Source of the DNA: Capsulimonadaceae bacterium
GTDB taxonomy: Bacteria > Armatimonadota > Armatimonadia > Armatimonadales > Capsulimonadaceae
Assembly (NCBI GenBank): GCA_965215505.1
Contig: OZ244065.1
Span: 2,112,001-2,176,000, forward strand
DNA: 64,000 bases
Direction: 5' to 3'
Positions within the stretch are counted from its first letter, which is position 1; each line of letters opens with the position of its first letter. A program made the translations under genes and the position numbers. This document shows positions 18,349 through 27,379 of this stretch, one piece after another. The notes below the pieces were generated by a model. The model did no database searches, was not told the origin of the DNA, and worked only from the letters and a program-made list of their open reading frames with translations.

Positions 18349-18834
18349 ATGGCAGAACAGACACTGGAAAAGGCGACCTTCGGCGCGGGCTGCTTCTGGG
18401 GCGTGGAAGCCACCTTCCGGCAGATACCGGGCGTCGTGGACGCGCCGGTCGGCTACGAGGGCGGGACGCTCGAAAACCCGACTTACAAGGATGTCTGCAA
18501 CTACGAGACCGGCCACGCCGAAGTCGTCGAAGTCCTCTTCGACCCGTCCGTCGTGTCCTACGACACCCTGCTGGACGTCTTCTGGGAGAACCACAACCCC
18601 ACGACCCTGAACAGCCAGGGGCCGGACTACGGCACGCAGTACCGCTCGGCGATCTTCTTCCACTCGCCCGCCCAGCAGGCCGCCGCTGAGGCGTCGAAGG
18701 AGAAGTGGGACAAGAGCGGGCGCTTCAAGCGGCCCATCGTGACCGAGATCACCCCCGCCCAGACCTTCTACCGGGCCGAGGAGTACCACCAGCAGTACCT
18801 CGGCAAGCGCGGCCTGGCGAGCTGCCACCTCTAA
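18349..18834 (+). CDS. msrA: Peptide methionine sulfoxide reductase A
   Basis: Motifs GCFWG, TGHAE, QYRSAIF and AEEYHQQY. Confidence 0.96.
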   Translation: MAEQTLEKATFGAGCFWGVEATFRQIPGVVDAPVGYEGGTLENPTYKDVCNYETGHAEVVEVLFDPSVVSYDTLLDVFWENHNPTTLNSQGPDYGTQYRSAIFFHSPAQQAAAEASKEKWDKSGRFKRPIVTEITPAQTFYRAEEYHQQYLGKRGLASCHL

Positions 18835-18851
18835 GCGACGAGTGAGACAAC

Positions 18852-18889
18852 AAAGGGGCGGGGGATGATTCCCCCGCCCCTTTTCTTTT
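18852..18889 (+). terminator. Intrinsic terminator
   Basis: AAAGGGGCGGGGGA-TGAT-TCCCCCGCCCCTTTT. Confidence 0.75.
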
Positions 18890-18927
18890 AACCGTCCGGC
18901 TGCGCTTGACGCCCGCGCCGGGGCGAG

Positions 18928-20034
18928 TCAGGAGTGGATCGTCGCGAACACAATCCCTGACGGCCCCGGAACGCCGGAAAGTACATTCTGCGGCACCAAA
19001 GTGAGGGCGCCGGTGGAGCCGTCAACCGTGTATTCGGAGATCGAGTCGTAGTTGGCGACGTAGGCTAAGTTGCCGCTCGGGCTGAGGGTGATCGCGCCAG
19101 CCATGGTGTCTACACTCGACACGGTTTTGACCGCCGTGAGAGCGCCCGTGGAGGCGTCCACAGCGTACTCCACGATTGCCCCCACGTTCGGCTCGGCGGC
19201 GGGGCCGAGCGTTCGCGGGCTGGGCATCCGGACCGCACTCCGGAGGCCCCCGCTGGTTGTGACAGGAGGCTGGTAAGTGATATAGGCGAAGCGCCCATTC
19301 GGGCTGAGGGCGAGGGCGCTGGGGAAGTCTTCGGGGGCATCGCCGACGCTTATGGAGCTGACGCCCGTGGGCGTCAGCGCACCGCGAGAGGCGTCCACGG
19401 CGTATCGGGACGCCGTCCGGTCAAAAGAATTGGTCACATAAGCGAAGCGCCCGTCCGGGCTGAGGGCGAGCGCAACCGGGAGAGTGCCGGTGCCGACGAC
19501 ACCGCCGGCAACCGCCGTCAGTGCGCCGGTGGCCGCGTTGATGGTGTACGCCGAAACAGTGTTGGCATCACCGGCGACCGCGTAAGCGAATCTCCCGCTC
19601 GGACTGACGGCGATGGCGAAGATACCCGGACGACCCGGAAGACCTGATGGGTCCGTCTGGCCGGCGGAGACGGTGCCAGCCGCGACGGTGGTGCCGTGGG
19701 CCGTGAGGCCCCCCGTGGCCGGGTTCACCGCGTACTCGGTGATGACGTTGGTGTCGGCGTTCGTCGCATAAGCGAACCGGCCGTCCGAGCTGACGGCGAG
19801 GCCGGAGGTGTTGCCTCCTGTCCCAAGCGGGCTTTGGGCGGCACCGCTGAATGCTCCAGTCATGGGATCAACGATGTAATGAGAGACTCCGCCGCCCGCG
19901 TCCGCTACAAAGGCCGAGAGGACCGCCGGGGCGTGCTGGTCGGAGCCGCCTCCGCCGCCGCAGCCGCCCAGCAAGGGCGTCATGAACGCGGCGGCCATTG
20001 TGACCATTACCCTTCTGCCGATCTTGTGTTTCAT
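18928..20034 (-). CDS. Lactonase-like beta-propeller lipoprotein
   Basis: LGGC lipobox; repeated SPxGRFAY...Y(A/T)VxxxTGALT blades. Confidence 0.8.
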   Translation of the reverse strand: MKHKIGRRVMVTMAAAFMTPLLGGCGGGGGSDQHAPAVLSAFVADAGGGVSHYIVDPMTGAFSGAAQSPLGTGGNTSGLAVSSDGRFAYATNADTNVITEYAVNPATGGLTAHGTTVAAGTVSAGQTDPSGLPGRPGIFAIAVSPSGRFAYAVAGDANTVSAYTINAATGALTAVAGGVVGTGTLPVALALSPDGRFAYVTNSFDRTASRYAVDASRGALTPTGVSSISVGDAPEDFPSALALSPNGRFAYITYQPPVTTSGGLRSAVRMPSPRTLGPAAEPNVGAIVEYAVDASTGALTAVKTVSSVDTMAGAITLSPSGNLAYVANYDSISEYTVDGSTGALTLVPQNVLSGVPGPSGIVFATIHS

Positions 20035-20255
20035 GAGATTCGCCCGTCCCTTCCCTCTTCCAAAGCCGGTCAGCGACACCCGATTTTGAGAGGCAAGGCT
20101 GCCTGCTTCATAATTATACCACGCCTGCCGGCAATACTGCGGATTGTCCCGCAGCATCTTTCAGGGCCGGTGCGGGCAGCGGGGACTGAAGACGGCCAAT
20201 CTCCTGACCGTGTAGGGGCGGGGCCCCGCCCACTTTGTCCACCTCCACACCATCC

Positions 20256-21419
20256 TCACAGCACCCGCGTTCGCTTGGACACCGCCTTGCGCGTCTGGGT
20301 GGCGGGCATGTCCTCGCGGACGAAGGCGTTTTCTACCAGGCGGAAGAAGGCGTCCCGCTCGGGGCCGCGCACGACGGCGCGCTCGTGGGCCTCGGCCAGG
20401 GCGATGGGGTAGCCCTGGCCCTTGCGGGCCTGATCGTAGCAGAGGACATGGACGCGGTCGGTCAGGTCGCAGTCTTCGGCCACCCACAGAGGAATTTCGA
20501 CGCGGGCGATCTCCGGCCCGGCGTTCAAATAGAAGAAGGCGATGCGCTGCTCGGGAGGGTACAGGTCCAGGCTCCGGGCGCGGCTGCCGAAGACGGGGGA
20601 GCGGTCGCCGGGGCGGGGCAGCAGGGACTTGTAGAGCTGGGCGTCGGTGAGATGGGCCAGCCTCGCGCACAGGCCCTTGGGGTCGTGGCCGCAGCCCGGC
20701 TCGCACAGGGTCAGGCGCAGCGCGCCGACCACGTCCCGATGGGCGGGGCGGCTGACGTAGCCCGCGACGGGGGTTCCCGCCGCCTGCCCGGCCTGGAGCA
20801 TCTGGCAGAAGCCGTCAATGACGCGCCGCTGCTCCGCCTCGGATTCGCCCTGCGGGGTCCAGACAATCAAGGGGTCATCCACCAGGGCCAGCGCGTGGCG
20901 GTCCTGGTGCGTTTCAATGAGTGCGGCCAGGGCGGCGCTTTCGGCCAGCAGGCGGCGGTTCGCGATGATCTTCTCGGACAGCGGGACGGGGTCGCCGCCG
21001 CCCTCGGACGTGAACAGCTCCTCGTCGCGGAAGTGCAGGGTCGCCCGCGAGGTCAGGCCGGGCCGCTCGCCCGTCCCGTAGTGCAGGACGATCTCGCCGA
21101 CGTTGAGCAGGAAGCAGGGCGCGACGGCGTGGCGGTCCAGGGGAATTTGCGAGCCGTCGGTCGCCAGGGCGGTATAGATGTCGGGTTCGTCCCCAGGCAG
21201 CGAGCAGACCGCGCCGGGCGGGGTGTCCTTGCAGTCGGCGACCAGCCAGGGCGGGGGCGGCAGCGACTCGCGCTGTGCCCGCGTTGCCGCCCAGGCCTCT
21301 TTGTCCAGCGCGGCCTGGCCGAGCGCGGCCTGCATCGTCGCCGCCGCCCGGTCGCCGCGCTTTCGGGCCTCGGCCCCCATTAGCTGAATGTCGCTCACGA
21401 CTTGCGCTAGGTCCAGCAT
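20256..21419 (-). CDS. nurA: NurA-domain nuclease
   Basis: Motifs ATDGSQI, LVDDPL, IARVEIPLW and GYPIALAEAHERAVV. Confidence 0.8.
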   Translation of the reverse strand: MLDLAQVVSDIQLMGAEARKRGDRAAATMQAALGQAALDKEAWAATRAQRESLPPPPWLVADCKDTPPGAVCSLPGDEPDIYTALATDGSQIPLDRHAVAPCFLLNVGEIVLHYGTGERPGLTSRATLHFRDEELFTSEGGGDPVPLSEKIIANRRLLAESAALAALIETHQDRHALALVDDPLIVWTPQGESEAEQRRVIDGFCQMLQAGQAAGTPVAGYVSRPAHRDVVGALRLTLCEPGCGHDPKGLCARLAHLTDAQLYKSLLPRPGDRSPVFGSRARSLDLYPPEQRIAFFYLNAGPEIARVEIPLWVAEDCDLTDRVHVLCYDQARKGQGYPIALAEAHERAVVRGPERDAFFRLVENAFVREDMPATQTRKAVSKRTRVL

Positions 21420-21472
21420 TTTGTTCCCCTCTGTCTTATCACTGGTGTTATGCAGTCCGGGCCGGGCCGCGG

Positions 21473-21613
21473 GCCGAGTGGTTGAAAACCACTCGCTAGG
21501 CCAGGCGTCCTTCGGACACAGGACGCCCTATGCAGGCCCGGTCCGTCCGCATTCCTGTCCGTATTCTCGTCCGTAGGACGCCTCTCCGAGCGAGTGGTTT
21601 TCAACCACTCGGC
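21473..21613. repeat. Inverted palindromic doublet, family A copy 2
   Basis: GCCGAGTGGTTGAAAACCACTCGCT ... AGCGAGTGGTTTTCAACCACTCGGC, with inner GTCC-NNN-GGAC palindromes. Confidence 0.8.
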
Positions 21614-22962
21614 AGGCTCCGGCTCCCCGACTCCGGCAGCGGCTCGTCGTCCGGGCGCATGATTAGCCGCAGCTTGTCCACACGCCGCCCGTCGGTCTTC
21701 TCCACGACGAACTCCAAATCCTCGTAATGCACCGACTCGCCTTCCTCTAACTGACGCCCGATCTGGCCGAAGACGAAGCCGCCGACGGTGTCGAAGTCGG
21801 CGTGGGGCAGGTCGAGGTCCAGGCGGTCGTTCAGGTCGTCTATCGCCATGCGGGCGTCAATGCGCCACACGCCCGGCCCGAGCGGCAGCAGCATGGGGTC
21901 TTCCTGGTCGTACTCGTCCTGGATCTCCCCCACCAATTCTTCCAGCAGGTCTTCCATGGTGACCAGGCCCGCCGTGCCGCCGTACTCGTCCTGGATCACG
22001 GCGAGCAGGACGCTGGACCGGCGGAACTCGTCCAGAAGCTCATCCACGCGCCGGTTCTCCGGGACGATAAGTGGCAGGCGCATGACCGCGCGCAGGTCCA
22101 CGACACGCTCGCCGCGCGCCAGGGCGGGCAGGAGGTCTTTGGCGTGGACGATGCCGATGATGGCGTCCACGCTGCCCTCGTAGACGGGGATGCGCGAGTG
22201 GCCGCTTTCCATGATGAGGTCCAGCAACGCGGGCAGGCCCGCGCCGACGTCCGCGGCCTTGATGTCAATGCGCGGGGTCATCACCTGCCGGACGTCGGTG
22301 TCGCCGAACGAGATGACGTTGCGGATGATCTCCTTCTCGTCCTCCTCGATGGCACCGGACTGGGCGCTCGCTTCCAGCAGGGCGCGCAGCTCCTCCTCGG
22401 TGATCATCGGCGCGGCGAAGGTCGCGGTCAGTCCGAAGGGCCGGACCAGCAGGTTGGACAGCAGGAGAGCCGCTCCGGCCAGGGGGGCCAGCAGGACCAT
22501 GAAGAAGCGCAGGGGGCGGGCGATCAGCAGGGCGACCTGACCGGGCCGGCGCAGGGCGACCGTCCGCGGGACGATCTCGCCGATGACGATGGTGACGAGG
22601 GCAGCCAGGGCGGTCAGGACGACGGTCATGGCGCGGACCGGGTGGTCGCCCATCCCCAATGCCTTGACGCGCAGCGGCAGGGCGGCGGCCCAGTCGGGGG
22701 CGAGGGTGGCGGCGGCGATGGCCGAGACGGTGAAAGAGGCCAGCGTGATGCCCACCTGCACCGTCGCCACCACGCGGGTCGGCTGCCGCATGAGCTGCTG
22801 CGCGCTGCCCGCCGCCGCACCGTCCGCCCCGCCCTCTTCGATCAGGTCCTGGAGGCGGGCGTTGCGGACCGTGTTCAGGGCGACCTCGGCCAGCGTGAAG
22901 AAGCCGTTGAGCAAAGTCAGGAGCAGCAGGGCGAGGAAGGCGTAACTATGGGAGGGGTTCAT
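21601..22962 (-). CDS. Hemolysin-family CNNM/CBS/CorC-HlyC protein
   Basis: Motifs NGFF..AE, IGEIVP, VMTPR, HSRIPVY, DEYGGTAGLVTMEDLLEELVGEIQDEYD and DTVGG. Confidence 0.9.
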   Translation of the reverse strand: MNPSHSYAFLALLLLTLLNGFFTLAEVALNTVRNARLQDLIEEGGADGAAAGSAQQLMRQPTRVVATVQVGITLASFTVSAIAAATLAPDWAAALPLRVKALGMGDHPVRAMTVVLTALAALVTIVIGEIVPRTVALRRPGQVALLIARPLRFFMVLLAPLAGAALLLSNLLVRPFGLTATFAAPMITEEELRALLEASAQSGAIEEDEKEIIRNVISFGDTDVRQVMTPRIDIKAADVGAGLPALLDLIMESGHSRIPVYEGSVDAIIGIVHAKDLLPALARGERVVDLRAVMRLPLIVPENRRVDELLDEFRRSSVLLAVIQDEYGGTAGLVTMEDLLEELVGEIQDEYDQEDPMLLPLGPGVWRIDARMAIDDLNDRLDLDLPHADFDTVGGFVFGQIGRQLEEGESVHYEDLEFVVEKTDGRRVDKLRLIMRPDDEPLPESGSRSLPSG

Positions 22963-22981
22963 CGGGGGCTTTCGCCGAAGG

Positions 22982-23704
22982 TCAGTGCGCCGGAAAGATG
23001 TGGAAAAAGTAGACGCCGCTGGTGAACAGGATACCCAAAAGGCCGCCGATGACCACTTCCTGCATCGTGTGAATCTTCCCCTCGACCCGGCTCTGCGCCA
23101 CCAGGAAGGCCAGGAGCAGGGCCAGAGCGCCGGTGAAGTAGTCCATCGCCCGGTAGATCAGCGTCGAGGCGAGAAAGAAGGAAAGGGCCGAATGGCCGCT
23201 GACGACGCCCCCCGACAGGATGGACCCCTTGCCGCCCAGGACCTTGCTGATGCCCACGATAGTCAGCACCAGCACGCAGACCGTTAGGATCACGGTCATC
23301 GGCTGCGGGTCGTGTTCCACCCGCAGGTGCAATGTCGCCAGCCGGTTGCTGCCGAAGAACAGGATGCCGCCGACGATGGCCGCCGTGATGCTGGCGATTA
23401 ATACCGCCCCCGCCGCGATGTCTTTTGCGAGCTTCGCCAGGGGGTGATACGCCTGCGTGATCATGTCCACGACACTTTCAACGGCTGTGTTCATCATCTC
23501 GGCGACCAGGACGCCCGACACGGCGAGGAACAACAGCGCCATCTCGACGCGCGACAGCCGCAGCAGCAGGCCGATGGACAGCACCAGCACGACGGCGAAG
23601 AAGTGGAACCGCATGTGCCTCTGCGTGCGGAAGGCGTGGACGATGCCTTCCACGGCGTAGCGGAACGAGTCCAGATGGTTTTTCGGTCGTGGTACTTGAC
23701 GCAT
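22982..23704 (-). CDS. dgkA: Diacylglycerol/undecaprenol kinase fused to a PAP2-like domain
   Basis: Motifs SFRYAVEGI, EMMNTAVESVVD and AKDIAAGAV; C-terminal SGHS and SRV...H. Confidence 0.85.
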   Translation of the reverse strand: MRQVPRPKNHLDSFRYAVEGIVHAFRTQRHMRFHFFAVVLVLSIGLLLRLSRVEMALLFLAVSGVLVAEMMNTAVESVVDMITQAYHPLAKLAKDIAAGAVLIASITAAIVGGILFFGSNRLATLHLRVEHDPQPMTVILTVCVLVLTIVGISKVLGGKGSILSGGVVSGHSALSFFLASTLIYRAMDYFTGALALLLAFLVAQSRVEGKIHTMQEVVIGGLLGILFTSGVYFFHIFPAH

Positions 23705-23707
23705 GGC

Positions 23708-24190
23708 TTACGAGAGATCGGTCAAAGGCTCTTCCGTGAAGAAGGGGTGCGTCCCCGCCTGCGGCACTGATATTCCGGCCTCTTGGAGCGCCGTTTCCGT
23801 CTTCCTCTGCATCTCCCAGGCACCTTCGGCAGTTTCATCGTCGTGGCCCAGCAGGTGCAGCAGGCCGTGGATGCCGAGCAGGGCGACCTCGTCCTCCAGT
23901 GTCCAGCCCGCCGACTGGGCCTGCCGGGCGGCCGTGGGCAGGGAGATCACGATGTCTCCGAGCAGGTCCGGGTCGTCCTGGGCGAACGAAAGCACGTCGG
24001 TCAGCCTGTTCTTGCCCCGGTACTGGAGGTTCAAGGATTGAATAAAGGCGTCGTCGCACAGGACGATGCTGACCTCCGGGTCGCCCGTTATGCCCTCACG
24101 CCGCAACAGAGCCGCCAGCGGGGCGGTCAACGTCGCCTGCGCGTCCAGCGACGGAAACGAGTCCGTCCGGCGATGAATCAGGAGTGGCAT
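23708..24190 (-). CDS. ybeY: rRNA maturation endoribonuclease YbeY
   Basis: Motifs LN.QYRGK, TDVLSF, LGDIVI and HGLLHLLGHD. Confidence 0.93.
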   Translation of the reverse strand: MPLLIHRRTDSFPSLDAQATLTAPLAALLRREGITGDPEVSIVLCDDAFIQSLNLQYRGKNRLTDVLSFAQDDPDLLGDIVISLPTAARQAQSAGWTLEDEVALLGIHGLLHLLGHDDETAEGAWEMQRKTETALQEAGISVPQAGTHPFFTEEPLTDLS

Positions 24191-26444
24191 GGGTCGTGGG
24201 GGCGGAGGTCTCGCCGGCTTTCTTCGCGTTCGTGTCGCGCAGCATCTCGGGGTAATCAATGCGGCTGTGCAGCATCCCGGACAGCAGGCGCGTGAAGGCG
24301 CCCTGGATGCCGCGCAGGTCCTTTTGGGTGATGTCGCACTCGTCGAGCTGGCCGTCGGCGAGCTGCCCGTCTATGATCTTGGTGACCAGGTCCTCGATGC
24401 GGCCCAGGGTTGGCTTGTCCAGCGTCCGCGAGGCGGCCTCCACGCTGTCGGCCAGCATCAGGATGGCCGTCTCGCGGGACTGCGGCTTGGGTCCCCCGTA
24501 GCGGAACTGGTGTTCCAGGGCGGGGGCGGCCTCGCTGTCCTCGCCCGCGCACTGCTGGTGGTAGAAATAGCGGATGAGACTGGTCCCATGGTGTTCCACG
24601 ATGAAGGCCTTGACGACCGGCGGCAACTTCTCGCGCTCGGCGATCTCCAGGCCGTCCTTGACGTGGGCGGTGACGACGAGGGCGGAGAGGGATGGATTCA
24701 GACGCTCGTGGGCGTTGTCCCCGCCGGCCTGGTTCTCGACGAAGAACTGCGCCCGCTGCATCTTGCCCAGGTCGTGATAGAGCGCGCCGACGCGGCAGAG
24801 GAGGGCGTCCGCGCCGATGGCCTCGGCGGCGGACACGGCCAGGTTGCCGACGAGGATGGAGTGGGTGTAGGTGCCCGGTGCCAGCTCGCAGAAGCGTTTG
24901 AGCAGGGGCCGGTTGGGGTCGGAGAGTTCCAGCAGGCCTAGGTGCGTCGTGATTCCGAAGAGGCGCTCGAACAGGGCCGCGCTCACCCCGAACAGGGCGA
25001 CGGCCAGCGCGCCGGAGAAGAAGGCCCAGACGACCGACTGCTCGATGTCCGCCCGCGAGTCCCCCTGAAGCTGCCCGACGAGCAGGCTCAGGACGACATC
25101 GGCGGCACAGAGCAGGCCGCCCGCCTTCAGGACGTCATTGCGGCTGCGGATGTCCGAGACGGCGAAGATCGCTACCCAGGTCGAGAGCAGGGTCAGGATG
25201 GAGAAGCGCAGGTCGTCGCCCAAGATGACGCCCGACTGGGCGGCCAGTAGGGCGGTCACCAGCAGGGCCACGCGCGGCTTGATGAGGGCCGCGATCAGCA
25301 TGCCGGTCGCGGCCACCCAGACCATGCCGACGTAGCCGAACTGCGACGTGGACAGCCGGACGCCAAGCATCGCGCTCCCCAGCCGCAGGCCCAGGACGCC
25401 CAATGTCACGAGCAGACTGAGCAGGACCAATGTCTTGGTCGAGCCGAACACGGCGGGATAGTCGCGCGACAGCCAGAAACAGACGATGCCGACCATGAAG
25501 GCGACCAGGCCCGCGACGCCCGCCACGGTGCTGAGGTCCAGGCGCGGGTTTTGCAGCCCCAGGGCGCGCAGCCGGGCGATCATGCCCGGCGTCACCACCT
25601 GGTCGCGGCGCACGACGGTGTCCCCGGCGAAGACCTGGCCGTAGATCGGGGCGACCAGACGTTCCGCGTTCTGGGCCGCACTGACCGTGCGCCGCCGGTC
25701 CAGCAGGCGGTTCGGCTGGAGGACGGCCCCGGCGATGGCCTCGGCGGCGGGGAGATGGGTGCGCGGGAGCAGGGAGGACTTGAGCCGGTCGGACACCTGG
25801 GCGCGCGCGTCGTCGAGGTCGCCCGGATGGTCGTCCCGGATCTCCCGGTCCAGGGCGTCATGGACGGCCTGATGCGTCAGCCGCTCGGCCTGGTCGAGAT
25901 GGTAGGCCCCCGCGCCGGGCCGGAGGAGTGGGGCGAGCGAGCCGGCGGGGATGGTCAGCCCCACCTCGCGGCGCAGGGCCTGGGACGCCCGCGCCGGATC
26001 CAGCCGCAGCGCCTGATCGCGCCGGAGCCGCTGGTACACCTCGCTGACGGTTTCGTCGGCCTCGGAAGCGGCGTGGACCGTGGTATAGACCGGCTCCACC
26101 CGTGCGGCGGCTTCCGCCTTGAGCCGGTCCGTCGCGTCCTCATCCAGATAGCGGACGGTCCGCATGGCCCGGATATCCTGCGTACTCAGGTCGCCGACGT
26201 GCAGGGAAACCTTGTCGGGGAGCAGGTGCAAGGATAGGAGGGCGGAAAGGACCAGGACCGTCCCGGCGAAGAGGGCGAGGCGTGACCAGTCCCGCCCGGC
26301 CAGCCAGTCGCGGAGGGGGGTCAGACACCAGAACGGGGCGGCCTCGGCGCGTCGCCCCTCCCGAGTGCGCGCCTTGCGGCGGCGCGGGAAGCGTCCGAAC
26401 GGGTTGGGTTTGGGCGGGGTCAGTGTTGGAAAGTCTCTGGCCAT
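24096..26444 (-). CDS. 7TM-HD phosphohydrolase (PgpH-like cyclic dinucleotide phosphodiesterase)
   Basis: Extracellular domain plus 7TM; motifs APGTYTHS, YHDLGK, FFVENQ, EHHGT and MLADSVEAA; precedes ybeY. Confidence 0.88.
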   Translation of the reverse strand: MARDFPTLTPPKPNPFGRFPRRRKARTREGRRAEAAPFWCLTPLRDWLAGRDWSRLALFAGTVLVLSALLSLHLLPDKVSLHVGDLSTQDIRAMRTVRYLDEDATDRLKAEAAARVEPVYTTVHAASEADETVSEVYQRLRRDQALRLDPARASQALRREVGLTIPAGSLAPLLRPGAGAYHLDQAERLTHQAVHDALDREIRDDHPGDLDDARAQVSDRLKSSLLPRTHLPAAEAIAGAVLQPNRLLDRRRTVSAAQNAERLVAPIYGQVFAGDTVVRRDQVVTPGMIARLRALGLQNPRLDLSTVAGVAGLVAFMVGIVCFWLSRDYPAVFGSTKTLVLLSLLVTLGVLGLRLGSAMLGVRLSTSQFGYVGMVWVAATGMLIAALIKPRVALLVTALLAAQSGVILGDDLRFSILTLLSTWVAIFAVSDIRSRNDVLKAGGLLCAADVVLSLLVGQLQGDSRADIEQSVVWAFFSGALAVALFGVSAALFERLFGITTHLGLLELSDPNRPLLKRFCELAPGTYTHSILVGNLAVSAAEAIGADALLCRVGALYHDLGKMQRAQFFVENQAGGDNAHERLNPSLSALVVTAHVKDGLEIAEREKLPPVVKAFIVEHHGTSLIRYFYHQQCAGEDSEAAPALEHQFRYGGPKPQSRETAILMLADSVEAASRTLDKPTLGRIEDLVTKIIDGQLADGQLDECDITQKDLRGIQGAFTRLLSGMLHSRIDYPEMLRDTNAKKAGETSAPTTHATPDSSPDGLVSVAGRAGDVDRPAGGSVAA

Positions 26445-26561
26445 AGGGCACAGCGGGATAGAACTCGGCGGGAAAGGACCGGGAAAAGGACAAGCAAAGG
26501 AAAAGGCGCGCGCCCCAGTCCAGGACTCCGCCGGAGCGGAAGCGCGCGCCCGAGGCGGTGG

Positions 26562-26759
26562 TTACGCCTTTTCTTTTTCTTCGTTCCGAATGCGCTTCCG
26601 CTTCGCCGCGGCCTCCGCCTTGCGCTTCTTGTCGCTCGGCTTCTCGTAGTGTTCGTGTTCGCGCGCTTCCTTGAGAATGCCGGTCTGCTGAAGCTGCTTC
26701 TTGAAGCGCTTCAACGCACTGTCCAGCGATTCATTGGGTCGCACCTGTATCTGCGTCAA
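26562..26759 (-). CDS. rpsU: 30S ribosomal protein S21
   Basis: [12 protein letters not shown]...[11 protein letters not shown] start after a G-rich RBS. Confidence 0.93.
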   Translation of the reverse strand: MTQIQVRPNESLDSALKRFKKQLQQTGILKEAREHEHYEKPSDKKRKAEAAAKRKRIRNEEKEKA

Positions 26760-26892
26760 ACTAATCCACCCCCCCGCATCAAAGAGCTTCGTCAAAAGTC
26801 GTCGCACACGCCGGGGAACCGGCGGATATGAACGTGTCAGTATACCACCGTACACGAAACCCTGTCAAGTTTTCGGAGTCACGGCGCAGCCC

Positions 26893-26939
26893 TTGACAAC
26901 TGACGAGGTTTGTCGTATAATAGACGACAAGCCTCGTCA
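26893..26939 (+). promoter_or_regulatory. Sigma70 promoter overlapped by twin BlaI-type operators
   Basis: TTGACA(26893)-17 bp-TATAAT(26916); dyads GACGA-N6-TCGTA and GACGA-N6-TCGTC. Confidence 0.8.
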
Positions 26940-26968
26940 AGCGGCCGTCCGAGTGGAGAAAACACCCC

Positions 26969-27379
26969 ATGCCCCTGCCGAACATTGCGCCCGCCGAACT
27001 GGAAATCCTGCGCTACATCCTGGACCATCACCCGCTGACGGTCCGGGAGGTGGCCGACCACGTCGCCGACACCAAGGGCCACACCCGGACCACCGTCCTC
27101 AACGTCATGGAGCGACTGCGCCGCAAGGGCTATCTGACGCGCGCGCAGGAGGGCGGGCTGTACCGGTACTCGCCGAGCGCCCCCAAGCTCCAGATGCAGC
27201 GGGACCTCGTCCGCAGCTTCGTCGCGCAGGCGTTGGGCGGCTCTTTGGAGCCGTTCATGGCCTACTTGACCCAGGAGGCGGACGTCAGCGACGCCGAACT
27301 CGCGGACCTGAAGCAGTTCGTAGACGGCCTGGACCGGCGGCCCAAGCCGGGCAACTCGGAGACGGGAGGAGACGCATGA
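26969..27379 (+). CDS. BlaI/MecI/CopY-family repressor
   Basis: Motifs AELEIL, TVREV, TTVLNVMERL..KGYL.R and YRY. Confidence 0.92.
   Translation: MPLPNIAPAELEILRYILDHHPLTVREVADHVADTKGHTRTTVLNVMERLRRKGYLTRAQEGGLYRYSPSAPKLQMQRDLVRSFVAQALGGSLEPFMAYLTQEADVSDAELADLKQFVDGLDRRPKPGNSETGGDA

Noticed and set aside
20256-21419. NurA without HerA as a novel system
   Set aside because: It sits in housekeeping context; unlinked nurA genes are known and herA may lie elsewhere
24096-24190. 95-nt overlap between the HD gene and ybeY
   Set aside because: It is a low-complexity C-terminal tail in a conserved operon, most likely simple stop-codon drift
26701-27375. 1453-aa ORF starting at 26701
   Set aside because: The extension overlaps rpsU, the promoter and blaI; the real start is the ATG at 27376 with a GGGAGG RBS
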